Source: a bacterium (lineage in GTDB: Bacteria; Sysuimicrobiota; Sysuimicrobiia; Sysuimicrobiales; Humicultoraceae). From it: a stretch of DNA of 64,000 nucleotides. Below the pieces are notes generated by a model. It saw nothing but the letters and a program-made list of their open reading frames with translations, had not been told where the DNA came from and made no database searches. Positions 1 to 9,101 of the stretch are shown in pieces. The stretch is taken from NCBI GenBank assembly GCA_041497675.1, contig JBGQGY010000001.1, forward strand, positions 32,001 to 96,000, given 5' to 3'. The stretch's first letter is position 1, and every line of letters begins with the position of its first letter. The position numbers were made by a program, and so were the translations under genes.

Positions 1-537
1 GCGCGTGTACGATCCGCGTACGCCGGCCGCCAGCCATCCGAGATCGCCGGTCTGCGGCCTGCGCGAGACCTGTACCATCGCGTCGGGGTCGATCCCACGA
101 AGCTCCGGCCGTCGTCGGAGGCACTGCTGCGGCGCGTGCTGCGCGGCGATGGGCTGCCGGTCATCAACTCGCTGGTAGACATCAACAATCTGTGCTCGCT
201 GGAGTTCCTGCTGCCCATCGGTCTGCACGATCTCGACGCGGCCCGCGGGGGACTGGTGCTGCGTGTGGGGCGCGCAGGCGAAGGTTACGACGCGATCGGG
301 AAGGGCGCATACAGCGTCGAAGGGCGCATCACCGCGGCCGACGATGTGGGACCGTGTGGCAGCCCGACCAGCGACTCGCAGCGAACGATGATCACGTTGA
401 CGACGCGGCGGTGTCTGATGATCATCTACGCGCCGCTGGGCCACCCGACCGCAGCGCTCGAGGCGCACGCTGCGACGGCGGCGGCGAGGATCATGCGGTT
501 CGCCGGCGGGGCGATCCTCCAAGCCCGGGTATTGTGA
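1..537 (+). CDS. B3/4 domain-containing protein (PheRS editing-domain-like), 5'-truncated by window edge
   Basis: Frame is open from position 1 (…VGVDPTKLRPSSEALLRRVLRG-LP-INSLVDINNLCS…PIGLHDLD…GSPTSDS), a motif set typical of stand-alone B3/4 proteins. Confidence 0.8.
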   Translation, partial: ARVRSAYAGRQPSEIAGLRPARDLYHRVGVDPTKLRPSSEALLRRVLRGDGLPVINSLVDINNLCSLEFLLPIGLHDLDAARGGLVLRVGRAGEGYDAIGKGAYSVEGRITAADDVGPCGSPTSDSQRTMITLTTRRCLMIIYAPLGHPTAALEAHAATAAARIMRFAGGAILQARVL

Positions 538-540
538 GGA

Positions 541-1383
541 TCACGCTTTCCACTTGATGCTGCAACCTTTTGGCGGCGTCGCCGACGTCGCCGGGTCGCG
601 CCCCGACAGCAGGGCGTCAACGGCGTCCCGCAGGTAGCGATGGGTGACCGCGGCTGGGTCTTCCATGTTGTCGTCCGGCGCGCCGTGGTAGCGCAGCACA
701 CGCTCGCGGTCGAACAGAAAGATTTCGGGTGTGCGGGTGGCGCCGAACGTCTTCGCCACTTCTTGAGTTTCGTCGAACAGATAGGGGAACGGGTAGGCTT
801 TCTCCCTCGCGCGTGTCTGCATGGCCGGGAACGAATCATCCGGGAAGGCCACCGGGTCGTTGCTGCTGATCATGACGAACCGGACGCCGCGGCCCGCGTA
901 TTCACGTTGCAGGGCGATCATCCGATCCTCCCACGCTTTCACGTAGGGGCAATGATTGCACCAGAACACCACGCCCAGGACAGGGGCGGCGGCAAGCTGT
1001 TCCGAGGATACGGTCGAGCCGTCCGTGGCGGGAAGGCTGAATGACAGGAGCCGTTCGCGGAGTCCCAGTGGCATCATGATCCTCCTGAGCGCCTGCCGGA
1101 TCATCACGACCGTCGGCAGTGGGGAGAGGCGGTCGGCCTCAGTGCGGTACGTCCGGCAGGTCAACATGGCCGAACCCTGCACGCCCTCCGGCTGCAGGTC
1201 GATGCCGTCGAAGCGGATCGTCGGCGATCCCGGAAACCGATGACGATCGGCGTCGGCCTGTGAGTCGACGCGGATGACCTCGACGGCATCATCGACGCCT
1301 TCCGCGCGCAGCACGTCACGGAGCCGCGCCAGGGCCTCCGGATGTGAAGGACAATCTTGCCAGTACAGGAATTCAATCTTCAT
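541..1383 (-). CDS. Two-domain thioredoxin-fold protein: N-terminal DF-family/DUF2703-like domain plus C-terminal PRX-like/AhpC-TSA thioredoxin domain
   Basis: Start MKIEFLYWQDCPSH…FPGSPTIR…TCRTY; second domain WCNHCPYV…SSND…YPFPYLFDETQEVAKTFGATRTPE…GCSIKW. Confidence 0.8.
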   Translation of the reverse strand: MKIEFLYWQDCPSHPEALARLRDVLRAEGVDDAVEVIRVDSQADADRHRFPGSPTIRFDGIDLQPEGVQGSAMLTCRTYRTEADRLSPLPTVVMIRQALRRIMMPLGLRERLLSFSLPATDGSTVSSEQLAAAPVLGVVFWCNHCPYVKAWEDRMIALQREYAGRGVRFVMISSNDPVAFPDDSFPAMQTRAREKAYPFPYLFDETQEVAKTFGATRTPEIFLFDRERVLRYHGAPDDNMEDPAAVTHRYLRDAVDALLSGRDPATSATPPKGCSIKWKA

Positions 1384-1491
1384 GATGCGGGCCTCGTTCT
1401 CCCGCTGCCTGTACAACGGTCGGCAACCCCGCTCGTCTTCCCACTCTCGACTCCTGCGGGTGGGGCGGTAGGAGGCACGCGCATCGCGACA

Positions 1492-1719
1492 GTGACCAGC
1501 CGCTTCCTCAGGGTCGTGGTGACCACGCACTACCAGCCTCGGACCGATGTCGAGCGCTGGCAGATTCAGGATCGGGTGGTCTTGCGTCTGGAGCGGCTGG
1601 GATATGAGGGGCGACCGCGGTTCTTCGAGGCCTCGGGCGGCCGTCTGGCGTTCCGCGTATGGCTCGGCCTGAAGCCCTCCCCCGATATCCTCAGAAGACT
1701 CCAGACGATCGACCAATGA
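1492..1719 (+). CDS. Small hypothetical protein (start uncertain)
   Basis: GGAGG at ~1471 upstream; ORF ends with an ATGA overlap onto the next ORF; no recognisable motif. Confidence 0.4.
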   Translation: MTSRFLRVVVTTHYQPRTDVERWQIQDRVVLRLERLGYEGRPRFFEASGGRLAFRVWLGLKPSPDILRRLQTIDQ

Positions 1720-2009
1720 CTGCCGCGCCCTCACCGCTCGAAGGACTGTTGGGTCTGGCCGGCGCCGTGCTGGTCTTTGCGGCCTGCGCCGCCGTAGGCG
1801 GCCTAGCCGCCGCATTCGCCACGGCCAGGCCGCGGCTGCGGGGGCCAAGGCGTCTGGTGGTCTACGGCGTGCTCTGCGGTGTGTTCCTCGCGATGGGGAT
1901 CGCGCTGACACGCAGCGAGGCGCGCGCCGTGGTCTGTGGATTCGCCATTCTGCCGTTCGTCGTGGGGTTCGTGATGGCGCGCGTTGATCTCCGCCGGCAG
2001 GCGGGGTGA
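1716..2009 (+). CDS. Small hypothetical membrane protein (~3 TM)
   Basis: MTAAPSPLEGLLGLAGAVLVF…; three hydrophobic stretches; ATGA translational coupling. Confidence 0.55.
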   Translation: MTAAPSPLEGLLGLAGAVLVFAACAAVGGLAAAFATARPRLRGPRRLVVYGVLCGVFLAMGIALTRSEARAVVCGFAILPFVVGFVMARVDLRRQAG

Positions 2010-2013
2010 GCCG

Positions 2014-2814
2014 CTATCGCGGCTGGCAGTTGAGGCAGTGGTTGGTGACTTGAAGCACCATTGTGCCGTAGACCCGGCCCAGACCGGCGATCTCGCTCGT
2101 CCCATTACTGGTGACCTCGCGCCAGAACGGCCGTCCCTCGATCGTGACAAACGTCAACCGGCTGCCGACCTGGCCCCAGTCGTAGAACAGCGTGATCTGA
2201 TGGACAACACCGGTGTCGTCGACGACGGTCCTCATGGCGTACGGCGGACCCGGTCGCACGATCTGCTGACGCTGGCTTGGGGCGAAGAGCCACTTGGCGA
2301 ACGCGCGCCGTGCCGTCTGGTCCTTGAGCAGCGCCTGCTGGTGATATTTCGTCATGATCTCGGTAATGATGTCCTGGCGCACGGCGCCGAGCACGTACCT
2401 GCCGTCGTTGCGATCCTCTTGGAGAAAGATGTCCAGCGTGGGCACGAACTCGGCCACCCTCTGCTCGTTTTCGATGATACTGGTCAGGATGGATCGGACG
2501 GCTCCGGAAAACGGCCGGACCAGAAAGGGGAGGTCGAGCCGGGTGATGGTGGCTTTCCGTATCCGTGGCTGTCCGTTGGCCGATCGCGACTCGAAGAGCG
2601 TGCCCACAGCGTGCACAGGAACCTGCCCGGTGGACAACGCCATGTTCAAGCGAGCCGTGAAGTCTGCCGTGAGCGTGTACGGGAGGGTGTTGGGCTCGGT
2701 GATGACCTTGGCCAGCAGGCTGTCGACGGTGACGTCTTGGGCCCCTGCCACGCCGACACACACGAGCACACAGACACACAACATCATCGCCTTCCGGCAG
2801 GCGACGGTGCACAT
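2014..2814 (-). CDS. Hypothetical exported protein
   Basis: Signal-peptide-like N-terminus (…LCVCVLVCVGVAGA-QD); TATAAT 9 nt upstream of the ATG. Confidence 0.65.
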   Translation of the reverse strand: MCTVACRKAMMLCVCVLVCVGVAGAQDVTVDSLLAKVITEPNTLPYTLTADFTARLNMALSTGQVPVHAVGTLFESRSANGQPRIRKATITRLDLPFLVRPFSGAVRSILTSIIENEQRVAEFVPTLDIFLQEDRNDGRYVLGAVRQDIITEIMTKYHQQALLKDQTARRAFAKWLFAPSQRQQIVRPGPPYAMRTVVDDTGVVHQITLFYDWGQVGSRLTFVTIEGRPFWREVTSNGTSEIAGLGRVYGTMVLQVTNHCLNCQPR

Positions 2815-2917
2815 AATAGAGCTATTATAGCGCACCCACCGTAGGGGGGAAGGGAGGGCGCGCCGCGACCTGGGCATAACATGGAGTGACCGGTCGGGGG
2901 CGCGAAGGGCGGCCAAC

Positions 2918-3724
2918 ATGCGGTACACGGATGCCGATCTGAGGTTTCTGGCGCTGGCGCTGTGGCGAGACGACCCGGCGGCCGCGGAGGAACGACTGCG
3001 GGAATGGCGCGCCGGGCCACAAGCCGTGGACGCCTGCCTGGATGACGAACGGGTCTTCAACGCGCTGACCGCCGACGATCGCGCGGTCATCGCGTTGTCA
3101 CCGCGCTTCCTGTTTACCCTGCTGCTGCGCCGGATCCGGCGAGACTTGGCGTCGATTCCGTACACGGTGGAACGGATTGAACGGGATGGCCGACTGGTCG
3201 TGTTCGATGCGGGAATCGTCCACCACATGCTCGAGAACGATGACATCTTCGCCTATCTGGTCGAACTGCTCGTATCGTTCGAGCGGGCGGAGACCCTGAC
3301 GGTCCGGCGGGCCACCCCGCCGGGAGGGTTGAGGCGTCTGTCGACCATGAGCATCGAAGACATGGTCGAACTGGCCGGGTTGGTCGATCAACCGCTCCGC
3401 CCGATGGTCTTCCGCCGGATCGGCGACATCGCATTGTTCACCACCTCGCTCTTCCCCGATGCGTTGCAGCACGGCCGGCGTCCGGCGGCGACCTCGGCGT
3501 ACGCGCGGCCACCGATACGCCGGTGGCGTCTGGAAGACTACGAGGAGGAAGGACGCACATTCTATCGGCTCGCCTCAGAAAACCTGCAGTCGAGCCAACC
3601 GGGGCTTGCCCGCGTTCTCGCGCGGCTTGCCTCCGACTTCGCGCTCGCCCGCAAACCGCTTCACGTGCTGAGTGAACGGTATATGGTCTGGGCGCGTCCG
3701 CACTGGCGGCAGACGCCCTCCTAA
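2918..3724 (+). CDS. Conserved hypothetical protein
   Basis: 268-aa ORF with globular composition; RRIGDIALFTTSLFPD and EEEGRTFYRLA motifs look family-conserved; function not recognised. Confidence 0.7.
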   Translation: MRYTDADLRFLALALWRDDPAAAEERLREWRAGPQAVDACLDDERVFNALTADDRAVIALSPRFLFTLLLRRIRRDLASIPYTVERIERDGRLVVFDAGIVHHMLENDDIFAYLVELLVSFERAETLTVRRATPPGGLRRLSTMSIEDMVELAGLVDQPLRPMVFRRIGDIALFTTSLFPDALQHGRRPAATSAYARPPIRRWRLEDYEEEGRTFYRLASENLQSSQPGLARVLARLASDFALARKPLHVLSERYMVWARPHWRQTPS

Positions 3725-3772
3725 CGCCCCCTCATCCGCACAAGTCGTGCCGGCGGTGGTACGATGTCGCCG

Positions 3773-5134
3773 ATGCTCAAACGCGATGACAGGATCGTGG
3801 TGGCCGTTGAGCGGCTGGCCTACGGCGGGCGTGGGGTCGCCCGGGTCAACGGCCAGGTCGTCTTCATCGTCGGCGCTGCGCCGGGTGACGTCGTTCGCGC
3901 ACGGGTGACGCGGGCCCGGCGATCGTACGCGGAGGCCGATGCCGACGCGATCGAACGTGCTTCCGCGGATCGGGTGACCCCGCGGTGTCCCCACTTTGGA
4001 ACCTGCGGCGGGTGCGGGTGGCAGCACATCGCCTATCCGGCCCAAGCGGCCGCAAAGGAAGAGTTCATCCGCGAGGCCCTGAGGCACCTCGGCGGCATCT
4101 CGGACGCCACTGTGCGCCCTATTGTTGGCGCGACCGATCCCTGGTACTACCGGAACAAGATGGAGTTTTCGTTTCACCCCGAGGGCACGCTGGGGTTGCA
4201 CCGGCGTGGGGAGTGGAACCGGATCGTGCCGGTGGAGTCCTGCTACCTGCAGTCTGATACGTCGATTGCGCTGGTACGGGCCGTGCGCGCGTTTGCGCGG
4301 CAGTCGGGGCTGCCGCCGTACGATCCAAGCACGCGCACAGGCTTTCTGCGCTCGTTGGTGATCCGCGAGGGACGCGCGACCGGCGACCGTCTGGTGGGCC
4401 TGCTGACCGGACCCGGCGCATTTCCCGCGGCCCAGGCGTTCATCGATGTCGTGCGGCAGGCCGCCCCAGACGTGACCGGGATCATCCGCGGCATCGTGGC
4501 CGGCGCATCAGACGGTGCGCCGATCACCGACATGGAGTCGCTCGAGGGACGCCCATTTCTTGAGGACGTCTTGGCCGGACTTCGGTTTCGGATCGGTCTC
4601 GATGCGTTCTTCCAGACGAACACGGTCCAGGCGGGCGCCATGGTCGAGTACGTGGTGCAGCGGGCGGAGCCGCTCGCGGGGCAGCCGGCGATCGACCTGT
4701 ACTGCGGCGTCGGGACGTTCTCGCTGGCGCTGGGGCGCGCGGGCGCCCGCGTGACGGGTATCGAGGTGGTCCAGGCTTCGATCGACGCGGCGAGGATGAA
4801 CGCCGACCTCAACGGGCTCGGCGGCCTGACGTTCATCAGCGGCGATGCGCGCGTCGCGCTGCCGGCCGCCGCGGCGCCGGTCGGGACGCCCGCGGTGCTC
4901 GTGCTGGATCCGCCCAGGGGCGGGGCCGGCGGCAAGGTGATGCGGAAGATCGGGCGCACCGGCGCCCGGCGCGTCATCTACGTCTCGTGCAACCCGACGA
5001 CGCTGGCGCCCGACCTGCGGGAATTACTGCCTTTTGGCTATCGTCTGATCGATGTGCAACCGTTCGATCTGTTTCCACACACCTATCACGTCGAGGCCGT
5101 CGCGGTCCTCGATCGGCAGGAGGGGACGACGTGA
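3773..5134 (+). CDS. rlmD: 23S rRNA (uracil-C5)-methyltransferase RlmD/RumA
   Basis: TRAM domain, CPHFGTCGGC Fe-S motif, YRNKMEFSF, FFQTN, DLYCGVG, LDPPRGG, YVSCNP, DLFPHTYHVE; start placed at ATG 3773 (ORF track gives 3764). Confidence 0.93.
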   Translation: MLKRDDRIVVAVERLAYGGRGVARVNGQVVFIVGAAPGDVVRARVTRARRSYAEADADAIERASADRVTPRCPHFGTCGGCGWQHIAYPAQAAAKEEFIREALRHLGGISDATVRPIVGATDPWYYRNKMEFSFHPEGTLGLHRRGEWNRIVPVESCYLQSDTSIALVRAVRAFARQSGLPPYDPSTRTGFLRSLVIREGRATGDRLVGLLTGPGAFPAAQAFIDVVRQAAPDVTGIIRGIVAGASDGAPITDMESLEGRPFLEDVLAGLRFRIGLDAFFQTNTVQAGAMVEYVVQRAEPLAGQPAIDLYCGVGTFSLALGRAGARVTGIEVVQASIDAARMNADLNGLGGLTFISGDARVALPAAAAPVGTPAVLVLDPPRGGAGGKVMRKIGRTGARRVIYVSCNPTTLAPDLRELLPFGYRLIDVQPFDLFPHTYHVEAVAVLDRQEGTT

Positions 5135-5694
5135 GCGTCATCCAGGCGATCAAGACACGGCGAAGTACTCCGAAGCTGCGGCCCGATCCGGTGCCGCGCG
5201 AGGCGCTGGAGCAGATGCTCGAGGCGGCGGTCTGGGCGCCCAACCACCGGCTGACGGAGCCGTGGCGGTTCTACGTGATCACGAGTGAAGATGCCAAGCG
5301 GCGGTTCGCGGAGATCCGCCGTCGGCTCCGCGCGTCGGCATTCCCGAATCCTGATGCGCCGGAGGCGCAGAAGGCGCTGGAGCGGATCACACAGGACACG
5401 ATGGCCACGCCCGCGCTGATCGTGGTGACCGTCCATCAGGCGGAGAATGAAGAGCAGCGGGAAGAGGACGTTGCCGCGACGTTCATGGCGATCCAGAACC
5501 TGATGCTGGCCGGCGTCGAGTTGAGCGTCGGCACCTACATGCGCACCGGCCCGATCATGCGCGACCCGGATCTACGCGCTCTGTTGAAGGTGGAAGACGA
5601 CCGGCGCATCGTCGCCATCATCCACGCCGGTCACACGTCGGACGTCCCGCAGAAGCGGCGTACGCCGGCGGCCGAAAAGACGGTCTGGTTGTAA
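5131..5694 (+). CDS. Nitroreductase family protein (YdjA-like)
   Basis: IKTRRS…LEAAVWAPNHRLTEPWRF…AIQNLMLA; GTG start overlapping the rlmD stop, AGGAGG RBS. Confidence 0.88.
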   Translation: MSVIQAIKTRRSTPKLRPDPVPREALEQMLEAAVWAPNHRLTEPWRFYVITSEDAKRRFAEIRRRLRASAFPNPDAPEAQKALERITQDTMATPALIVVTVHQAENEEQREEDVAATFMAIQNLMLAGVELSVGTYMRTGPIMRDPDLRALLKVEDDRRIVAIIHAGHTSDVPQKRRTPAAEKTVWL

Positions 5695-5703
5695 GGTGAT
5701 CGA

Positions 5704-6279
5704 CTAGCGCGGCGGGGTCGACACGATCCAGCGGCCGTAGAACTCCTCGTCGGTCATCTGGCTCTTGAGCCACCGGTCGACCTCCGGGACCGTGACGGCG
5801 ACGGTGGCGGCGATCCGACCGCTCGGCAATGCGACGCGCACGGTGATCGTATCGAGGGCCAGCTGAGGGTTCGCGCCGGGGCCGAGGATCCGCACGATCT
5901 CCGGCCGCAGCGACACCAGACGCCCGTCGGTCGTGGTGCGATAGAGGATATCGGCGCGGCGGGCGCCGCCGCGGGCGCGACGGTCGGTGATGGCCAGCCC
6001 GAGGATCTTGAACCCCTGACCCTCAAGCGCCTTCTTGTAGGTCGTCGACAGCTCGCGGTCGAGCTCGGGTTCATGCGACGAGGACGCCTGCGGGGCCGGC
6101 GGTGAGGTGGGCGCGCCCGGCGCCCGCGGAACGGCCGGCGACGCCGAGGGCCGGCCGCGATTGATGAGCGGCGACAGATCGGGTGAACCCGGCGTCTTGA
6201 TGAAGCGCTGATAGCCGACGACGGCGACGACCACCACCGCCAGTGCCACAACGATCCGCGTGCTCCAATTCACAGCCAT
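5704..6279 (-). CDS. Hypothetical membrane-anchored protein with Pro-rich linker
   Basis: N-terminal TM (IVVALAVVVVAVVGY), Pro/Ala-rich linker, C-terminal globular domain. Confidence 0.65.
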   Translation of the reverse strand: MAVNWSTRIVVALAVVVVAVVGYQRFIKTPGSPDLSPLINRGRPSASPAVPRAPGAPTSPPAPQASSSHEPELDRELSTTYKKALEGQGFKILGLAITDRRARGGARRADILYRTTTDGRLVSLRPEIVRILGPGANPQLALDTITVRVALPSGRIAATVAVTVPEVDRWLKSQMTDEEFYGRWIVSTPPR

Positions 6280-6362
6280 AGATGTTCGGCGTGACCCTGA
6301 CGCGTTCCTCACCGCCGACGGTACGGGCAGGAGGCCCGGTGGGCGCCGCGAAGGTTTGCGGA

Positions 6363-7379
6363 ATGCCGCGACCCCGCGTCTACGTTGCCCGCCGGATCCC
6401 CGGGCCCGGTCTCGAGCTGGTGCGCCGTGAGGCGGACGTCGCCGTCTGGCCGACCGACGAAGTGCCTCCGCCGCGCGACGTATTGATACAGGAAGCCGCC
6501 GCCTCCGACGGGATCATCTCGCTGCTCACGGACCGCATCGACGGTCAGTTGCTCGACGCCGCGCCGCGGCTGCGGGTCGTCAGCAACTACGCCGTGGGGT
6601 TTGACAACATCGACGTCGGCGCGGCCACCTCTCGTGGCGTCGTGATCACCAACACGCCGGGCGTCCTGACCGAGACGGTGGCCGATTTCACCATGGCGCT
6701 GATGCTCGCCACGGCACGTCGCGTCGTGGAGGGCGACAAGTTTACGCGCGCCGGCCGCTGGAAGAGCTGGGAGCCGATGCTGCTGCTCGGGCCGGACGTC
6801 TACGGGGCCACCCTCGGTCTGGTGGGGTTTGGCCGCATCGGCGCGTCGGTCGCGCGCCGCGCACGCGGGTTTGGCATGCGGATTCTCTACTATGACGTCG
6901 TTCGCCGCCAGGATCTGGAATCCGAACTCGGGATCGAGTTCGCGTCGTTCGAGGACGTCCTGCGGCAGGCCGACTTTGTCAGCGTGCACACGCCGCTGAC
7001 GCCGGAGACCCGGCATCTGATCAGCGGGCCGCAGTTCCGTCTCATGAAGAAGACCGCCGTGCTCGTCAATACTGCGCGGGGACCGATCGTCGACCCCGAC
7101 GCCCTCTACCAGGCCCTGTCGTCCGGGCAGATCTGGGGGGCGGGTCTCGATGTGTTCGAGGTCGAGCCGGTGCCCAAGGATCACCCGCTGCTGACCCTTG
7201 AGAACATCATTGTGGTCCCACACATCGCGAGTGCGAGCGTCGAGACGCGCACCAAGATGGCGAACATGGCGGTCGAGAACCTGCTCGCGGCGCTCGCCGG
7301 CCGCAAGCCGCCACACCTGGTGAACCCCGACGTCTGGGACCGGCGGCGTGGCGTGGGAGAGAGGAGCCACGACGGATGA
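6363..7379 (+). CDS. D-2-hydroxyacid dehydrogenase (glyoxylate/D-glycerate reductase, GyaR-like)
   Basis: [59 protein letters not shown]. Confidence 0.92.
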   Translation: MPRPRVYVARRIPGPGLELVRREADVAVWPTDEVPPPRDVLIQEAAASDGIISLLTDRIDGQLLDAAPRLRVVSNYAVGFDNIDVGAATSRGVVITNTPGVLTETVADFTMALMLATARRVVEGDKFTRAGRWKSWEPMLLLGPDVYGATLGLVGFGRIGASVARRARGFGMRILYYDVVRRQDLESELGIEFASFEDVLRQADFVSVHTPLTPETRHLISGPQFRLMKKTAVLVNTARGPIVDPDALYQALSSGQIWGAGLDVFEVEPVPKDHPLLTLENIIVVPHIASASVETRTKMANMAVENLLAALAGRKPPHLVNPDVWDRRRGVGERSHDG

Positions 7380-8212
7380 GGCGTCCACGGACGGCGCTGG
7401 TCTTACTGGTGGTCGTTGCGGCGCTCGCGCTGTTTTTCCGCTCGCGCCAGCCACGCGAGGCGTCGGCCCCGCAGCCGCGGACCCCGGCCCCGCAGACAGC
7501 ACCGGCACCCGTGCCGGATCTCGGCGGGCGGGAGATCAAGATCGGCAGCGACACGACGTATCCGCCGTTCGAAGTCGTGGACGCCGACAAGACCATCGTC
7601 GGGTTCGATCCCGACATGATGGATGAGATCTGCAAGCGGGCCCACTGCAAGCCGAAGTTCACCACGACGGCATGGGGAGGCATTTTCGTCGCGCTGTCGC
7701 AGGGCCAGTTCGACGCGGTCGCGTCCGGCGTCACCATCAACGATGAGCGGCGGAAGACGGTCGATTTTAGCGAGCCGTATCTTCGGTACGGCCAGGTCGT
7801 GCTCGTGCGCGCCGATGAGTCGGCGATCGACGGTGTTGACGGGCTGCGCGGCCGTACGGTGGGCGTCCAGACGGGGACGACCAACGACGACAAGGCCACC
7901 GCGTTGCAGCGTGAGGGAAAGGTCGGCACGGTTCGCCGCTACGACAACTTTGCGCTCGTGGTGAAGGCGTTGCTCAACAAGGATATCGACGCGGTGGTGA
8001 TCGACAGTTTTGCCGCCGATGGGTTCATCCAGCTCCATCAGGGTCAGTTGAAGAAGGTGGGCCCGCCGTTCACCAGCGAGGCCCTTGGGATCGCGCTCAA
8101 ACAGGGCGAGGCGACGCTCAAGCCGGCCTTTGACGCGGCGCTCGCGCAGATGAAGGCCGACGGGACGCTCGACGCGCTCTACAAGAAATGGTTCGTGGAA
8201 CACCCCCCCTAA
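7376..8212 (+). CDS. Polar amino-acid ABC transporter substrate-binding protein (family 3)
   Basis: [53 protein letters not shown]. Confidence 0.9.
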   Translation: MRRPRTALVLLVVVAALALFFRSRQPREASAPQPRTPAPQTAPAPVPDLGGREIKIGSDTTYPPFEVVDADKTIVGFDPDMMDEICKRAHCKPKFTTTAWGGIFVALSQGQFDAVASGVTINDERRKTVDFSEPYLRYGQVVLVRADESAIDGVDGLRGRTVGVQTGTTNDDKATALQREGKVGTVRRYDNFALVVKALLNKDIDAVVIDSFAADGFIQLHQGQLKKVGPPFTSEALGIALKQGEATLKPAFDAALAQMKADGTLDALYKKWFVEHPP

Positions 8213-8241
8213 GCCGTAAGCGCGCGTGTAACGGCGACGCC

Positions 8242-8271
8242 TTGCGTTGCCTCAGGCAGCCTCCGTATAAT
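8242..8271 (+). promoter_or_regulatory. Sigma70-type promoter for tRNA-Val
   Basis: TTGCGT-N18-TATAAT, ending 12 nt upstream of the tRNA. Confidence 0.55.
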
Positions 8272-8283
8272 GAATGGCGCATT

Positions 8284-8358
8284 GGGCGCTTAGCTCAGGG
8301 GTAGAGCACCATCCTGACGCGATGGGGGTCGCAGGTTCAAATCCTGCAGCGCCCACCA
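8284..8358 (+). tRNA. tRNA-Val(GAC)
   Basis: Cloverleaf: acceptor GGGCGCT/AGCGCCC, D-arm GCTC/GAGC, anticodon stem CCATC/GATGG with loop CT-GAC-GC, T-arm GCAGG-TTCAAAT-CCTGC, encoded CCA. Confidence 0.96.
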
Positions 8359-8397
8359 ACAACCGAACAATCGTTCGCTGCGACAGATGCGAGAGTT

Positions 8398-8434
8398 CAA
8401 AGAAACGACCGTGCGCGAAACGGTCGTTCTTTTG
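8398..8434. terminator. Probable bidirectional intrinsic terminator
   Basis: AAAGAAACGACCGT-gcgcgaa-ACGGTCGTTCTTTT between the convergent tRNA and SnoaL-like gene. Confidence 0.7.
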
Positions 8435-8494
8435 TCGTCAGTCCATTCTCCAGGTACGGGATGAGCGATCCACGAGCCCTTCCTCGGGTAGATT

Positions 8495-8882
8495 CTAGAA
8501 CATCGTATTGGTGTTTGCGGCGGTTTCCGGGACTTCCTTCGAGGACGTCCCAATGCTCGACAATCTTGCCGTTCTCCAGTCGGAAGATGTCGATTACAGC
8601 CATCCCGCGGTCCCCTGGTTGTCGCACGAAATGGCTGTGCTGAACGACTAGGTCCCCTTCCGCGACCTGCCGCTTGATCGTGACCTGCAACTGGGGGAAC
8701 GCGCCTGCAAAGCCGCGTACGACCTGGATGAACGGCTCCGGTCCATCGCCTGCTTGGGGATTGTGCTGCCGGTAGTACGGGCCGATGTACCGCTTCACCG
8801 CATCTTCCGGCCGCCCTTGGTTGATGGCGAGTTCGCAAAACTCACGGACGATCCGCTTGTTCGCGTCTAGCTGGCCATTCAT
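8495..8882 (-). pseudogene. SnoaL/NTF2-like (ester cyclase family) protein with a frameshift near the C-terminus
   Basis: NKRIVREF…YRQHNP…DG…AEGDLV…DIFRLENGKIVEHWDVL; the family-like tail EVPETAANTNTMF* lies in another frame after one extra base at ~8538. Confidence 0.7.
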
Positions 8883-9043
8883 GGTTGTCCCTCCATAACT
8901 AGGGTAGGAGTCTTGCTCTCTTCTGGCGTGTTACTCTCCAAACGATGCATACTTATCGTAGGAGAGCAAAAGGAGTGCTACAAAGCGTGAGAAATCAGGT
9001 CCACACCGGATGGATTCCGGCGTCCTCCCATCGATAATGGTCC

Positions 9044-9080
9044 TTAGGGCGTCCTAATCAATCTCGTTAGGAGGTCCTCA
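9044..9080 (+). promoter_or_regulatory. Tandem DtxR/SirR/MntR-type operator boxes upstream of feoB
   Basis: TTAGG-gcgt-CCTAA (9044-9057) and TTAGG-aggt-CCTCA (9067-9080), just downstream of a GATAAT -10 (9033-9038). Confidence 0.7.
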
Positions 9081-9101
9081 GGGTCGGAACCGGAGGACGT
9101 C

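Noticed and set aside
1340..1383. Selenoprotein (DF family)
   Set aside because: The redox position is a Cys codon and there is no in-frame TGA
1384..1911. N-terminal extension of the 456-aa ORF 541..1911
   Set aside because: Low-complexity Arg-rich sequence antisense to two small + strand ORFs; homology starts at MKIEF (1383)
8274..8498. 74-aa ORF over the tRNA
   Set aside because: Spurious; it overlaps the tRNA-Val and the terminator
8973..8980. CIRCE-like half-site (GAGTGCTA) upstream of feoB/SnoaL
   Set aside because: No matching second half at the 9-bp spacing
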